The notes below the pieces were generated by a model that had not been told where the DNA came from, did no database searches, and saw nothing but the letters and a program-made list of their open reading frames with translations. 64,000 nt of DNA from an uncultured Oscillospiraceae bacterium (lineage in GTDB: Bacteria > Bacillota > Clostridia > Oscillospirales > Ruminococcaceae), in contig CAJTSZ010000001.1 in the NCBI GenBank assembly GCA_910578755.1, positions 2,340 through 66,339 of the forward strand. The letters run 5' to 3'. Below, in pieces: positions 28,704 through 38,467 of the stretch (positions are counted from its first letter, which is position 1; each line of letters starts with the position of its first letter). A program made the position numbers and the translations under genes.

Positions 28704-29945
28704 TTGAACGGCATTAACACCAACTACAACAGCTACCGTAACCAATGGGAAAATATGCTCAAGGATGGCACCACCGACGGCAAAACCGAAGAAACAGAAG
28801 GCGCTGACGGCGCCGGCCAGGTGTGGAACGCGGTTTTTACCGATAAAAAAGACAACGGCGTTTCTGTTGACGATTTTCTGAACTTAATGGTTGCCCAGCT
28901 GCAAAACCAGGACTTTATGAATCCTGTGGACGATACCCAGTATGTAACCCAGTTGGCCCAGTTTGCCACCATGCAGCAAATGCAGGAAATGGCAACCTAC
29001 ATGAAAACCAACTATGTAATGTCCCTGGTAGGGCAGGAAATCACTGCCGCAAAATTTACCGTTTCCGGCGAACTGCAAAAGGAAACCGGCAAGGTTGAAA
29101 AAATTTCCCTGGTAAACAACGAGTTCAAAGTTTATGTTAACGGCAAACAGTTCACCTTGGAACAAATTATGGAAGTCCACGGCAACAAAGCTACCGATAA
29201 GTCCGACCCAGAACAGCTAAATTACCTCATGTCCCTTGTGGGCAAGGAAATTACCGTGCGCAAACGCAACGAAGAGGGCGAGGCAACCGGCAAGCTCACC
29301 GGCGTGGTTGAAAAAATTTCCACCGAGGACGGTAAGTACCAGGTTTGCATTGACGGCGAATGGTACCCTCTGGAGGATGTTTTGGAGGTAAGCGGCTCCG
29401 ATTCTAAAGCCGACAGGGATTACCTCTATGGCCTCATTGGCTACGAGGTTACTGTACGGGAAAGGGACGAGTTCGGCGACCCGGCAGGCAGGATTACCGG
29501 CGTGGTGGAACGTGTTTCCACAGAGGATGGTAAATTCCAGGTTTGCATTGACGGCGAATGGTACCCCTTGGATGACGTAATAGACGTGGGCGATTACATT
29601 GGCGAAGGCAGCCAGCCCCCCGTTGTTACCCCCCCGGTACCCCCCAATAATGAAGCTCCCGGCGTCCCCCCTGCAGATGGCACAGAACCCGGCGACGGTT
29701 CCCAAGTCCCCCCTGTGGATGGCACAGAACCCGGCGACGGTTCCCAAGTCCCCCCTGTGGATGGCACAGAAAATGGAGGGAATACAGAAGTACCAGGCGA
29801 AACCCCTGACGTGGAGAACCCCGGCGAAGTACCCGGCGGCAATCCCGATGTGGAAAACCCCGGTGACAATGTTGAACCCAATCCCCCTGTTGATGAAACA
29901 GAGGCCCCGCCTGCTGATGAAACAGCCCCCCAAACAAACAGCTAA
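28704..29945 (+). CDS. flgD: Flagellar hook capping protein FlgD, extended
   Basis: FLNLMVAQLQNQDFMNP and QLAQFATMQQM; triplicated C-terminal domain plus Pro-rich tail. Confidence 0.9.
   Translation: MNGINTNYNSYRNQWENMLKDGTTDGKTEETEGADGAGQVWNAVFTDKKDNGVSVDDFLNLMVAQLQNQDFMNPVDDTQYVTQLAQFATMQQMQEMATYMKTNYVMSLVGQEITAAKFTVSGELQKETGKVEKISLVNNEFKVYVNGKQFTLEQIMEVHGNKATDKSDPEQLNYLMSLVGKEITVRKRNEEGEATGKLTGVVEKISTEDGKYQVCIDGEWYPLEDVLEVSGSDSKADRDYLYGLIGYEVTVRERDEFGDPAGRITGVVERVSTEDGKFQVCIDGEWYPLDDVIDVGDYIGEGSQPPVVTPPVPPNNEAPGVPPADGTEPGDGSQVPPVDGTEPGDGSQVPPVDGTENGGNTEVPGETPDVENPGEVPGGNPDVENPGDNVEPNPPVDETEAPPADETAPQTNS
29664..29771 (+). repeat. 42-bp coding tandem repeat (~2.6 copies, VPPVDGTEPGDGSQ) in flgD
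   Basis: Units start at 29664, 29706 and 29748. Confidence 0.9.
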
Positions 29946-29978
29946 GCATCATACACAAAACGGTAAAGGAGTGAGGTT

Positions 29979-30377
29979 ATGGACAATTTGTTAATCCGCC
30001 GCAGGATGAGCTTACCCGTAACCACCGGTATTCCCACAGAGGCGCCAAAAGTGCAGCCCCAGGGGGTACAAACCCAGCCCAATGTTTCATTCCGGCAGGT
30101 TTTGGAACAAACGGCGCAAAAACAGGAACTCTCCTTTTCAAAGCATGCAACACAGCGGGTTGCACAGCGGGGAATAGAGCTTTCCGAAACAGGTATGGAA
30201 CGCTTAAACGAAGGCCTGCAAATTGTGCGGGACAAAGGCATGGAGGACGCCCTAATACTTATGGACGGCTCCGCGTTTATTGTCAATGCCAAAAACGGCA
30301 TGGTTATTACCGCGCTCAACAGCGGCGAACTAAAAGGCAGAGTCATTACAAATATTGACGGGACTGTAATTCTTTGA
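29979..30377 (+). CDS. Flagellar operon protein (TIGR02530-type)
   Basis: FSKHATQRVAQRGI, NGMVITA and ITNIDGTVIL; between flgD and flgE. Confidence 0.88.
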   Translation: MDNLLIRRRMSLPVTTGIPTEAPKVQPQGVQTQPNVSFRQVLEQTAQKQELSFSKHATQRVAQRGIELSETGMERLNEGLQIVRDKGMEDALILMDGSAFIVNAKNGMVITALNSGELKGRVITNIDGTVIL

Positions 30378-30456
30378 CTGGACCAATACAAGGAGGTCAA
30401 TGGGCCTTGAACGATAGAGAGGCCCATGCAGTCCCCGGAAAGGGAGAATATATCAC

Positions 30457-32109
30457 ATGGTTAGATCAATGTACTCCGGTGTGGCTGGTATGAAATCCAA
30501 CCAAACCAGAATGGATGTTATTGGTAATAACATCGCAAACTCCAATACATACGGCTTTAAATCCAGCCGCGCAACCTTCCGCGATATGTACTACCAGCAG
30601 CTGCGGGGCGCTTCCGCAGGTACGGCTACCCGCGGCGGTATCAACCCCTCCATGGTAGGTTACGGTTCACAGGTTTCCAGCGTGGACCTGCTCATGACCC
30701 AGTCCGCCATGACCTCCACCGGCAACCCCCTGGATGTCGGCATCACCGGCGAAGGCTTTTTGCAGGTAATGGACCCGGACGGTAACATCTACTACACCAA
30801 AGCCGGTATGCTGGATATTGACTCCAACGGCTACGTTATCGATTCCAGCGGTAACTTTGTGCTGGGTACCGGCGCTACCGAGGGCCGTTTGGATTCTACC
30901 GAGCCAGGCAAAAGCAAAATTAAAATTGACGTTGCTCCAATTCAGGCAAGTGCGGCTTCTGTTTCCAGTGAAATCAGCGGCAGAACCCTTACCATCAGTT
31001 CCACCAACCAGAACAAGGCGGCAAATGTGGGCTTTACCTTTACAAAATCCACCGAAATGCCTATGGGACAAAGAGTAAAGGCCATTATGGACGGCACCAG
31101 CTCTGTAATCAACATCCAACTTAACGCAGAGGAAGAATTTACAGATATGGGCCAGCTGGAATCGGAGATCAATAAGGCTATTACCGAAGCCTACGGCGGC
31201 ACCCACCCAGGGGGCGACTTTAAGTTTACCATGGAGCCGGATCCCTTTAAAGACGGGCCGCTGACCGGCGCAGAGATTATTACCACTGCGGAAGCCCAGT
31301 TTACCGGCGGCGAAATTAAAACCTCCGGAACACTGACAGATGGCACTACCGCTGTTACTTCTTTGCCAAATGGCTTCAGCATTAAAGAAACCGGCCTGCA
31401 ATTTTCCGGCAATGGGGATGTAGATTTTTCCTTTACAAAAACTGGTACTGCCCCAGACGAAGCGTACGAGTTTACTTTAACTTTAGATGGCAAAACCTAC
31501 CAGGGGAGCGTTCCACAAAGCCGGACAGATAAGGGCAGCGGCAGTATCTTATTGGAGCAAAACCCTAAGGTAGACGGCGACACTGTTACCATAGGATTCC
31601 CCGGCACAGATACCATAGAAAATTTGTTGAATAATGGTGGCGGCACATATACTGGCATAGGCGTGGCCACCCCCAGCGAGCCCACCAAAAACGTGGGCCT
31701 GGGCAAGGGCACCTTTACCCTCACCGGCGGCACCGAATTTACCGAGCAAAATATTGGTAACCTTACCGGTATTTCCATCGGCGCCGACGGTACCATCGTA
31801 GGTACCTCCGCAGCTGGCTTGCAGGTGCTGGGCCGTATCGACCTTGCTACCTTCGCTAACCCCAAAGGCTTAATGCAGTCCGGCAGCACCTACTTTACCG
31901 AAACCAGCAACTCCGGCAGCCCAAAGCTGGCTATCCCCGGTGAAGAAGGCACAGGAGCCCTGAAAAACAACGCCCTGGAAATGTCCAACGTGGACCTGGC
32001 CCAGGAGTTTTCCGACATGATTACCACCCAGCGTGGCTTCCAGGCAAGCTCCCGCCTTATCACCGTTTCGGACACTATGCTGGAAGAATTGATTAACTTG
32101 AAACGATAA
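30457..32109 (+). CDS. flgE: Flagellar hook protein FlgE
   Basis: IGNNIANSNTYGFK and LEMSNVDLAQEFSDMITTQRGFQA. Confidence 0.95.
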   Translation: MVRSMYSGVAGMKSNQTRMDVIGNNIANSNTYGFKSSRATFRDMYYQQLRGASAGTATRGGINPSMVGYGSQVSSVDLLMTQSAMTSTGNPLDVGITGEGFLQVMDPDGNIYYTKAGMLDIDSNGYVIDSSGNFVLGTGATEGRLDSTEPGKSKIKIDVAPIQASAASVSSEISGRTLTISSTNQNKAANVGFTFTKSTEMPMGQRVKAIMDGTSSVINIQLNAEEEFTDMGQLESEINKAITEAYGGTHPGGDFKFTMEPDPFKDGPLTGAEIITTAEAQFTGGEIKTSGTLTDGTTAVTSLPNGFSIKETGLQFSGNGDVDFSFTKTGTAPDEAYEFTLTLDGKTYQGSVPQSRTDKGSGSILLEQNPKVDGDTVTIGFPGTDTIENLLNNGGGTYTGIGVATPSEPTKNVGLGKGTFTLTGGTEFTEQNIGNLTGISIGADGTIVGTSAAGLQVLGRIDLATFANPKGLMQSGSTYFTETSNSGSPKLAIPGEEGTGALKNNALEMSNVDLAQEFSDMITTQRGFQASSRLITVSDTMLEELINLKR

Positions 32110-32111
32110 AC

Positions 32112-32140
32112 TTGACAGCGGCGACCGAATTCGTCATAAT
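32112..32140 (+). promoter_or_regulatory. Internal sigma-A promoter for flbD-motAB and downstream genes
   Basis: TTGACA-17 nt-CATAAT just after the flgE stop. Confidence 0.6.
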
Positions 32141-32290
32141 AGAAACAGCCAGCCATTGCAGTGACCTTTTTGGTCGCTGCTGTGGCCGTTAAGAGGTCGC
32201 CGCCAGAGGAATGCGGAACTTCGTTTGTAGAAGAAAGGTATCTTCCGTATTCCTCTGGCCAATTATTTATTATGAAGAGAGGTAGTAATA

Positions 32291-32482
32291 ATGATTCTTT
32301 TAACAAAGCTGCGCGGCGGCACATTTGTAATTAACTGTGATCTCATTGAAACAGTGTCCGAAAAACCGGACACAACCATTCTGCTTACAAACGGGGATAT
32401 TTACATCGTCCAGGAAACCATGCAGGAGGTTATAGATAAAGCCATCGATTACCGCCAAAAAATTGCTGGTGGGATTAGTTAG
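32291..32482 (+). CDS. flbD: Flagellar FlbD/SwrD family protein
   Basis: MILLTKLRG..FVINCDLIE....PDTTILLTNG. Confidence 0.92.
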   Translation: MILLTKLRGGTFVINCDLIETVSEKPDTTILLTNGDIYIVQETMQEVIDKAIDYRQKIAGGIS

Positions 32483-32502
32483 ACAAGGAGAAGGATGAAT
32501 AA

Positions 32503-33324
32503 ATGGATATAATGTCTGTTTTAGGGTGGCTATTTGGTATTTTAGTTATCCTGTTTGGTATTGTGTTTGATAAAGACAAAGGTATGGTAATACCGAACCT
32601 CATAAACTTTTGGGATGCTTCCAGTATGGCCGTTGTTTTGGGCGGCTTGGTTGCAGGTTTAATGGTTTCCTTCCCTGTAAAATGCTTTGCCCGCCTTCCT
32701 AAGCACCTTAAAATTGTGCTGTTTCCCACCAAGTACAACCCCCTGGAGTATATAGCTCAAATTGTGGACCTGGCCAAGGAGGCCCGTGTAAACGGTTTGC
32801 TTTCCCTGGAGGGCAAGCTGGAGGAAACAAAGGACCCCTTCCTAAAAAGCAGCATGATGCTGGTGGTGGACGCCGTGGAGCCGGAAAAGGTAAAACGCTT
32901 GCTGGAAACCGAGCTGGAATACTTGGACGAACGCCATGCCCAGGACCGTGCCTTTTACGATAAAGCCGCCGCTTACGCCCCGGCTTTTGGTATGATTGGT
33001 ACCTTAATGGGCTTGGTTAACCTGTTAAAATCCTTGGATGACCCTAACGCCATTGCCCCTGCTATGGCGTTGGCCTTGGTAACTACTTTCTACGGTACCA
33101 TTTTTGCAAACTTAATTTTTTCCCCAATTTCCAATAAGCTGAAGGTCCGCCACGACGAGGAGTACCTCTGTAAGCTAATTATTGTGGAAGGCGTGGAGTC
33201 CATCCAGGCTGGTGACAACCCCCGCTTTGTGGAAGAAAAGCTGACCCAGTTAGTTCCAGGTTTCCTGTTGAAGAAGGGCCTGCCTGGCGGAGGCGCTGGA
33301 GCCGATGATGGCGGCAAAAAATAA
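32503..33324 (+). CDS. motA: Flagellar stator A subunit (MotA/MotP/PomA)
   Basis: ARVNGLLSLE, APAFGMIGTLMGLV and ALVTTFYG. Confidence 0.95.
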   Translation: MDIMSVLGWLFGILVILFGIVFDKDKGMVIPNLINFWDASSMAVVLGGLVAGLMVSFPVKCFARLPKHLKIVLFPTKYNPLEYIAQIVDLAKEARVNGLLSLEGKLEETKDPFLKSSMMLVVDAVEPEKVKRLLETELEYLDERHAQDRAFYDKAAAYAPAFGMIGTLMGLVNLLKSLDDPNAIAPAMALALVTTFYGTIFANLIFSPISNKLKVRHDEEYLCKLIIVEGVESIQAGDNPRFVEEKLTQLVPGFLLKKGLPGGGAGADDGGKK

Positions 33325-33406
33325 GCGGAACCAATAGTGATCTTGATACGTTTGATATTAAGAGTGCTAAGAGTACAAAAAGAAATAAAAAGGAGGGAGG
33401 AACGTA

Positions 33407-34405
33407 ATGGCTCGAAAACAACGCCCGGAAGAAGACGGCGGAACATGGATGAACACCTACTCGGACTTGGTGACCCTCTTAATGACTTTTTTTGTACTGC
33501 TGTTTAGTATGTCCTCGGTAAATGCGGAAAAGTGGGAACAATTTGTAAAGGCATTTGCAAACCCTGGGGATGATACCTCCCAGGTTGTTATTGACCTGAA
33601 CGAAAAAGAACCCGGCGACGCCCCATTGCCTGACCAGTCAACGGGGGAGCAGCTGTCGGAAAGTTTGCCGGAGGGGGAGGAGCTTCCACCTCTTCCAGTA
33701 GATTTTAGCGACCTGTATGCTTACTTTAAGGAATATGTGGAAAAAGAAGGCTTGGAAAGTTCAATCGAAGTGTTTGAAGGCGGCGAAAATGTGGTGTACA
33801 TCCGCTTCCAAAACAATATCTTTTTTGAGCCGGACCGCTATTACCTGCGGTCCAGCGCCTATGAAGTCTTAGACTTTGTAGGGGACTGCCTGCACGGTGT
33901 GGAGGATCAAATTTATATTATTACCATTAACGGGCACACTGCCTCGGTGCCCTATGAAACAGGCGTTTCTGACTGGATGCTTTCTGGCCAAAGGGCAAGC
34001 AGTGTTGCTATTTATTTTGAACACAACAAGGGAATTAACCCGCAAAAGCTGCGCCCCATGGGCTATGGCGAAAACTTCCCGGCAGCAAGCAACGATACAG
34101 CGGAAGGCCGTGAAGAAAACCGGCGGGTAGACATGGTTATTGTAAGAAGCAACGAAAACGGGGACAGCGCCCTGCTGAAGGAAGAACTGGTCAATTTGTT
34201 TGATCCTTCCCAATTCCCCCGTACCGGCGGTACCACGGACCTGCTTACCCCTCCTTCAGGGGACGCTGGTACAAACGTTGGCGGTGAACCTATTGTGGAA
34301 CCTCCCGTAGAACCACCTGCGGGCCTTCCGGTGGAAACTCCTGTAGAGCCTATTGAAGGGCTCCCAACGGAGCCTCCTGCGGAACCCCCAGCAAACGTGG
34401 GCTAA
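33407..34405 (+). CDS. motB: Flagellar stator B subunit (MotB/MotS/PomB)
   Basis: WMNTYSDLVTLLMTFFVLLFSMS; OmpA-like domain with NRRVD. Confidence 0.95.
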   Translation: MARKQRPEEDGGTWMNTYSDLVTLLMTFFVLLFSMSSVNAEKWEQFVKAFANPGDDTSQVVIDLNEKEPGDAPLPDQSTGEQLSESLPEGEELPPLPVDFSDLYAYFKEYVEKEGLESSIEVFEGGENVVYIRFQNNIFFEPDRYYLRSSAYEVLDFVGDCLHGVEDQIYIITINGHTASVPYETGVSDWMLSGQRASSVAIYFEHNKGINPQKLRPMGYGENFPAASNDTAEGREENRRVDMVIVRSNENGDSALLKEELVNLFDPSQFPRTGGTTDLLTPPSGDAGTNVGGEPIVEPPVEPPAGLPVETPVEPIEGLPTEPPAEPPANVG

Positions 34406-34438
34406 TTTTATTTAGCCTAAATCAAAGGAGCGTAATAT

Positions 34439-35467
34439 ATGCCTGAGCAACTGTCACAAAGCCAAATAGATGCGCTGCTCAAAAAAATGAGTTCCGGAGA
34501 GGCGGACATTCAGGAGGACACAAAAAAAGCCCGTGAGTACGACTTTAAGTCACCTAAAAAGTTCACCAAGGAGCAGCTGAAATCCCTGGACAGCCTGCAT
34601 AAAACTTTTTCCAGAATGTTGGCGTCCTATTTCTCCGGTATGCTGCGGACGGTCTGTGAAGTGGACGTTCTGCAAATTGAGGAACAGCGCTATTATGAAT
34701 ACAACAACGCCTTGCCAGACAATTCCCTTACGGGGCTTGTCAGCGTTAAACCAAAAAATAAACGGTACGATGATTCCACTATGATGTTGGATATGTCCAC
34801 ATCCCTGGGCTTTTATTTAATCGACCGTGTCCTGGGCGGCCCGGGAACAGGGTACAATGTTGACCGCAACTATACCGATATTGAAATTGCTATCCTGTCA
34901 AATATTTTTACAAAAATTACCCAGCGCATTCAGGATACCTGGAGCAACAACCTGGAAATTGAAGCAGTTTTGGAGGGCATTGAAACAAACGCCCGTTTAC
35001 TGCAGGTTTTTGCCCCGGAGGACATTGTTGCCATTGTTATTTTAAGCGTTAAGCTGGGCAACAGAATGGACGGAACACTGAGCATCTGCCTTTCGGCAGA
35101 GTTTTTGGAACAGGTTATTGATACCTTTAGCTTGCGGTTTGCCCATACCACTAAGCGGCAGGACCCTCAAAAAGAGGAAGCCAAAAAGCGGCTTATTTTG
35201 GAAAATGTGTGCGAATCCAATATGGAGGTTAAGGTTATCTTTGACCAACTTAAACTGGAGTTGCGAGATATTATGCAGCTTCAACCTGATGATGTTATAC
35301 CGCTTGGAAAGCCCATTGATAGTGACGTTATGGTAACCATTGGGAAAGTGCCGTGGTTCACTGCCAAGCTGGGTGAAACCAAGCAAAAGAAAGCAATTAA
35401 GCTGCAAAATATTTTGAATAACGGAGAAGAGGTTGTCCAATGGGAGAAGAGAGGAACCAGCAGTTAG
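34439..35467 (+). CDS. fliM: Flagellar motor switch protein FliM
   Basis: LSQSQIDALL, YDFKSPKKF, DRVLGG. Confidence 0.93.
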   Translation: MPEQLSQSQIDALLKKMSSGEADIQEDTKKAREYDFKSPKKFTKEQLKSLDSLHKTFSRMLASYFSGMLRTVCEVDVLQIEEQRYYEYNNALPDNSLTGLVSVKPKNKRYDDSTMMLDMSTSLGFYLIDRVLGGPGTGYNVDRNYTDIEIAILSNIFTKITQRIQDTWSNNLEIEAVLEGIETNARLLQVFAPEDIVAIVILSVKLGNRMDGTLSICLSAEFLEQVIDTFSLRFAHTTKRQDPQKEEAKKRLILENVCESNMEVKVIFDQLKLELRDIMQLQPDDVIPLGKPIDSDVMVTIGKVPWFTAKLGETKQKKAIKLQNILNNGEEVVQWEKRGTSS

Positions 35468-36774
35468 AAGAGCAGAATCTTTTAAGCAGCCTGGAAATCG
35501 ATACAATTGGCGAAGTACTAAATATCAGTATGGGGTCGGCGGCAACGGCTGTTTCAACCATGCTGGATAAGCAGGTGATGATTTCCACACCTACTGTAGA
35601 AATGCGCGAGTTCCACGCTATGGACTATTCAGCGCTGGAACCGGCGCTGCTGGTGAAGATCAATTATGTGGAGGGGATTTCCGGTTCCAATGTAATGATT
35701 TTTCGCCAAAAGGATATGCAGACAATTTTAAACCTGTTAATGGGAAATGACGAACCGCCAACGGACGACTTTGTGTTCGATGAACTGAGCATGAGCGCCG
35801 CCTGCGAGGTCATGAACCAAATGATGGGCGCTTCGGCCACAGCCTTGTCCGACTTTATGGGCAAAAGCATTAACATTTCCACACCAGAGGCAAAGGTTGT
35901 GGATTCAGAAAACACTTACAGCGACGCTATTGGCGCCCAGGAAGGGGAGGAGATCGTTGCCGTTTCCTTCCAGCTAACCATTGACCAGGTTATGGCCAGC
36001 AGCTTTGCAAGCATTATGAGCTGTGATTTAGCTAAAGGCATTGTAAGCCAGGTAATGGGCCAGCATGAGCAGGAAATGGAAAGCATTCCCGCTGCGCCAG
36101 AACCGCCAGCACCAACACAGCCTATGGCTGCACCGCCAATGCCGGAAGCACCAGCCGCCGCCCCAGGAAATGTGCCGCCAATGCCTCCAATGCCGGAAGC
36201 AGCGGCCCCGTCAGGTATGCCTCCAACGCAGCAGCCTATGGCGCCAATGCCCCAAATGCCCCCAATGCCGCCGGCAGAGGGCCAGGGTTACCCGCCTTAT
36301 GGGCAGCAGCCATATCCTCCTTACGGGCAGCAGCCTTATTATGGGTATCCGGGGTATCCCCCCTATCCCCCCTATGGGCAGCCTTACGGCGCACCCCAGG
36401 AAGCAGCAGGAACCCCCCAGGTTTTAAAACAGCCGCCTGTCAATGTGCAAACACCTCAGTTTCCCCAGTTTGGCATACAGGGTTCACCAAACCCCAATTC
36501 CAACGGGAATATGGATTTGCTCATGGGTGTTTCCCTGGATGTTTCAGTGGAAATTGGTAAGGCAAAAAGGAAAATTAAAGAAATTATTGAATTTGGCCAG
36601 GGAACTGTAATCGAACTGAACAAGCAGGCAGGGGCGCCCGTGGATATTGTGGTTAACGGCCGTCTGCTTGCCCGCGGTGACGTGGTAGTAATTGACGATA
36701 ACTTTGGCGTGCGCATCACAGAAATTTTAGGTACAAAAGAGTTGATGGAAAGCCTGAAGGAGGAAGCGCTGTAA
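35440..36774 (+). CDS. fliY: Flagellar switch phosphatase FliY (CheC-like plus FliN domain)
   Basis: Two ExxN motifs (GEVLNISMG, EVMNQMMG); C-terminal SpoA domain GDVVVIDDNFGVRIT. Confidence 0.93.
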   Translation: MGEERNQQLEEQNLLSSLEIDTIGEVLNISMGSAATAVSTMLDKQVMISTPTVEMREFHAMDYSALEPALLVKINYVEGISGSNVMIFRQKDMQTILNLLMGNDEPPTDDFVFDELSMSAACEVMNQMMGASATALSDFMGKSINISTPEAKVVDSENTYSDAIGAQEGEEIVAVSFQLTIDQVMASSFASIMSCDLAKGIVSQVMGQHEQEMESIPAAPEPPAPTQPMAAPPMPEAPAAAPGNVPPMPPMPEAAAPSGMPPTQQPMAPMPQMPPMPPAEGQGYPPYGQQPYPPYGQQPYYGYPGYPPYPPYGQPYGAPQEAAGTPQVLKQPPVNVQTPQFPQFGIQGSPNPNSNGNMDLLMGVSLDVSVEIGKAKRKIKEIIEFGQGTVIELNKQAGAPVDIVVNGRLLARGDVVVIDDNFGVRITEILGTKELMESLKEEAL

Positions 36775-36830
36775 TTTAAGCGTTTACATACTTTACAGGT
36801 AAGTAATTTGATAGAAGGAGATACGTAGAA

Positions 36831-37193
36831 ATGGGTAAAAAAATTATGTTGGTGGATGATGCAGCTTTTATGCGCATGACCATAAAAAATTGCTTGACAA
36901 AGGCAGGTTATACTGAACTAATTGAAGCGTCCGACGGACAAATGGCAGTAGAAACTTATGAGAAGGAACACCCGGACCTTGTTATTATGGATATTACTAT
37001 GCCCAATTTGGATGGTATTGGCGCTTTAAAGGAAATTAAAGCAAAGGACCCTGCCGCCAAGGTTGTTATGTGTTCCGCCATGGGCCAGGAGGCAATGGTT
37101 GTAGAGGCAATTCAGCTGGGCGCTATGGACTTTATTGTAAAACCTTTTAAACCAGACCGTATTTTGCAAACAGTAAGCAAAATTTTGGGCTAA
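36831..37193 (+). CDS. cheY: Chemotaxis response regulator CheY
   Basis: VDDAAFMR, MDITMP, MCSAMGQ and FIVKPF. Confidence 0.95.
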   Translation: MGKKIMLVDDAAFMRMTIKNCLTKAGYTELIEASDGQMAVETYEKEHPDLVIMDITMPNLDGIGALKEIKAKDPAAKVVMCSAMGQEAMVVEAIQLGAMDFIVKPFKPDRILQTVSKILG

Positions 37194-37214
37194 ACCCCCA
37201 AGGAGGGATTATTT

Positions 37215-37625
37215 ATGCCGGAGAACCAGTTCCTGGCGGTCCTCTCACTTTTGGGGGGAATCCTCCTTTTTGTGCTGGTGCTGGTGTTGGCCTGGCTCTG
37301 TACCCGGTGGCTGGGTATGCGCTACAGTGGGTTTCGCATAGGAGGGGCCGTGGAGGTGCTGGACCGTACAGCCATAGGCCCCGACCGAACGCTTGTAATT
37401 GTTCGGGCGGGCGGCAAGGTGTGGATGTTGGGGGTTACCCCGCAGAATATTACTTTCCTTGGTGATTTGGACCCCGAAAAGTTTGCGGACCTGCCGCAGG
37501 ATACCAAAAAGGATATGGCTTCGGCATCCGCTGCCACTATGGCGGATTTTTCACGGGCATTGCAGGATGCCATGGGAAAATGGGGTTCGGCAAAGAGGCA
37601 GAAAAAGGATAAACAGGATGAGTAA
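37215..37625 (+). CDS. fliO: Flagellar biosynthesis protein FliO/FliZ
   Basis: N-terminal TM, VLDRTAIGPDR..IVRAG...LGVT; precedes fliP. Confidence 0.85.
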   Translation: MPENQFLAVLSLLGGILLFVLVLVLAWLCTRWLGMRYSGFRIGGAVEVLDRTAIGPDRTLVIVRAGGKVWMLGVTPQNITFLGDLDPEKFADLPQDTKKDMASASAATMADFSRALQDAMGKWGSAKRQKKDKQDE

Positions 37626-38433
37626 AATTGTAAAAAAAAGAATGGAATTGCGCCGGCATATAAAACGCTTGGCAGTATCAACCATCATTACGGTTATATT
37701 GGCGGTGTGCCTTTTTACTGTTACAGCTTGCGCGGCGCCCTTGATAACTGTGGATTTAGGCTCCGGCGATACCTCAGGCGGGCAGTTCGGCATTATGGAA
37801 GCATTAATGACTGTGGTGCTGCTGGCCCTGGCGCCATCCCTCCTGGTTATGATGACCAGCTTTACCCGCATTGTTATTGTTTTGTCCTTTTTGCGCAACG
37901 CGCTGGGGACGCAGCAGTCGCCGCCAAACCAAATTTTAATTGGCTTAGCGCTGTTTTTAACGCTTTTTATTATGTGGCCTGTGTTTACCCAAATTAACGA
38001 GGAGGCTTACCAGCCTTACCGCGCCGGTGAAATAACCCAGCAGGAAGCGCTGGATGTGGCTGTTGTTCCTTTAAAGCGGTTTATGCTCCGCCAAACCTAT
38101 ACAAATGACTTAAATTTGTTTGTTTCCATATCCAATGAAAAAACGGGCCAGCAAATTACCATAAGCCCTGACCCAGAATCCCTCGTCAGCCTCGGTATGG
38201 AGATTGTTGTTCCATCTTTCATTACCAGCGAGCTAAAACGGGCCTTTACCATGGGCTTTTTGCTGTTTATCCCCTTCCTTATTATTGACATGGTGGTATC
38301 CAGTACCCTAATGTCCATGGGTATGGTTATGCTTCCACCTTCTATGATTGCGCTGCCCTTTAAAATTATGATGTTTGTGTTGGTGGACGGCTGGGGCTTG
38401 TTAATTGGCAACCTGGTAAAAGGGTTCCGATAG
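37618..38433 (+). CDS. fliP: Flagellar export gate protein FliP
   Basis: TSFTRIVIVL, QQSPPNQ, LMSMGMVMLPP, FVLVDGW. Confidence 0.96.
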   Translation: MSKIVKKRMELRRHIKRLAVSTIITVILAVCLFTVTACAAPLITVDLGSGDTSGGQFGIMEALMTVVLLALAPSLLVMMTSFTRIVIVLSFLRNALGTQQSPPNQILIGLALFLTLFIMWPVFTQINEEAYQPYRAGEITQQEALDVAVVPLKRFMLRQTYTNDLNLFVSISNEKTGQQITISPDPESLVSLGMEIVVPSFITSELKRAFTMGFLLFIPFLIIDMVVSSTLMSMGMVMLPPSMIALPFKIMMFVLVDGWGLLIGNLVKGFR

Positions 38434-38467
38434 CTTGAGAAAATACGTTGAAGGAGGTGGCAGCTAA

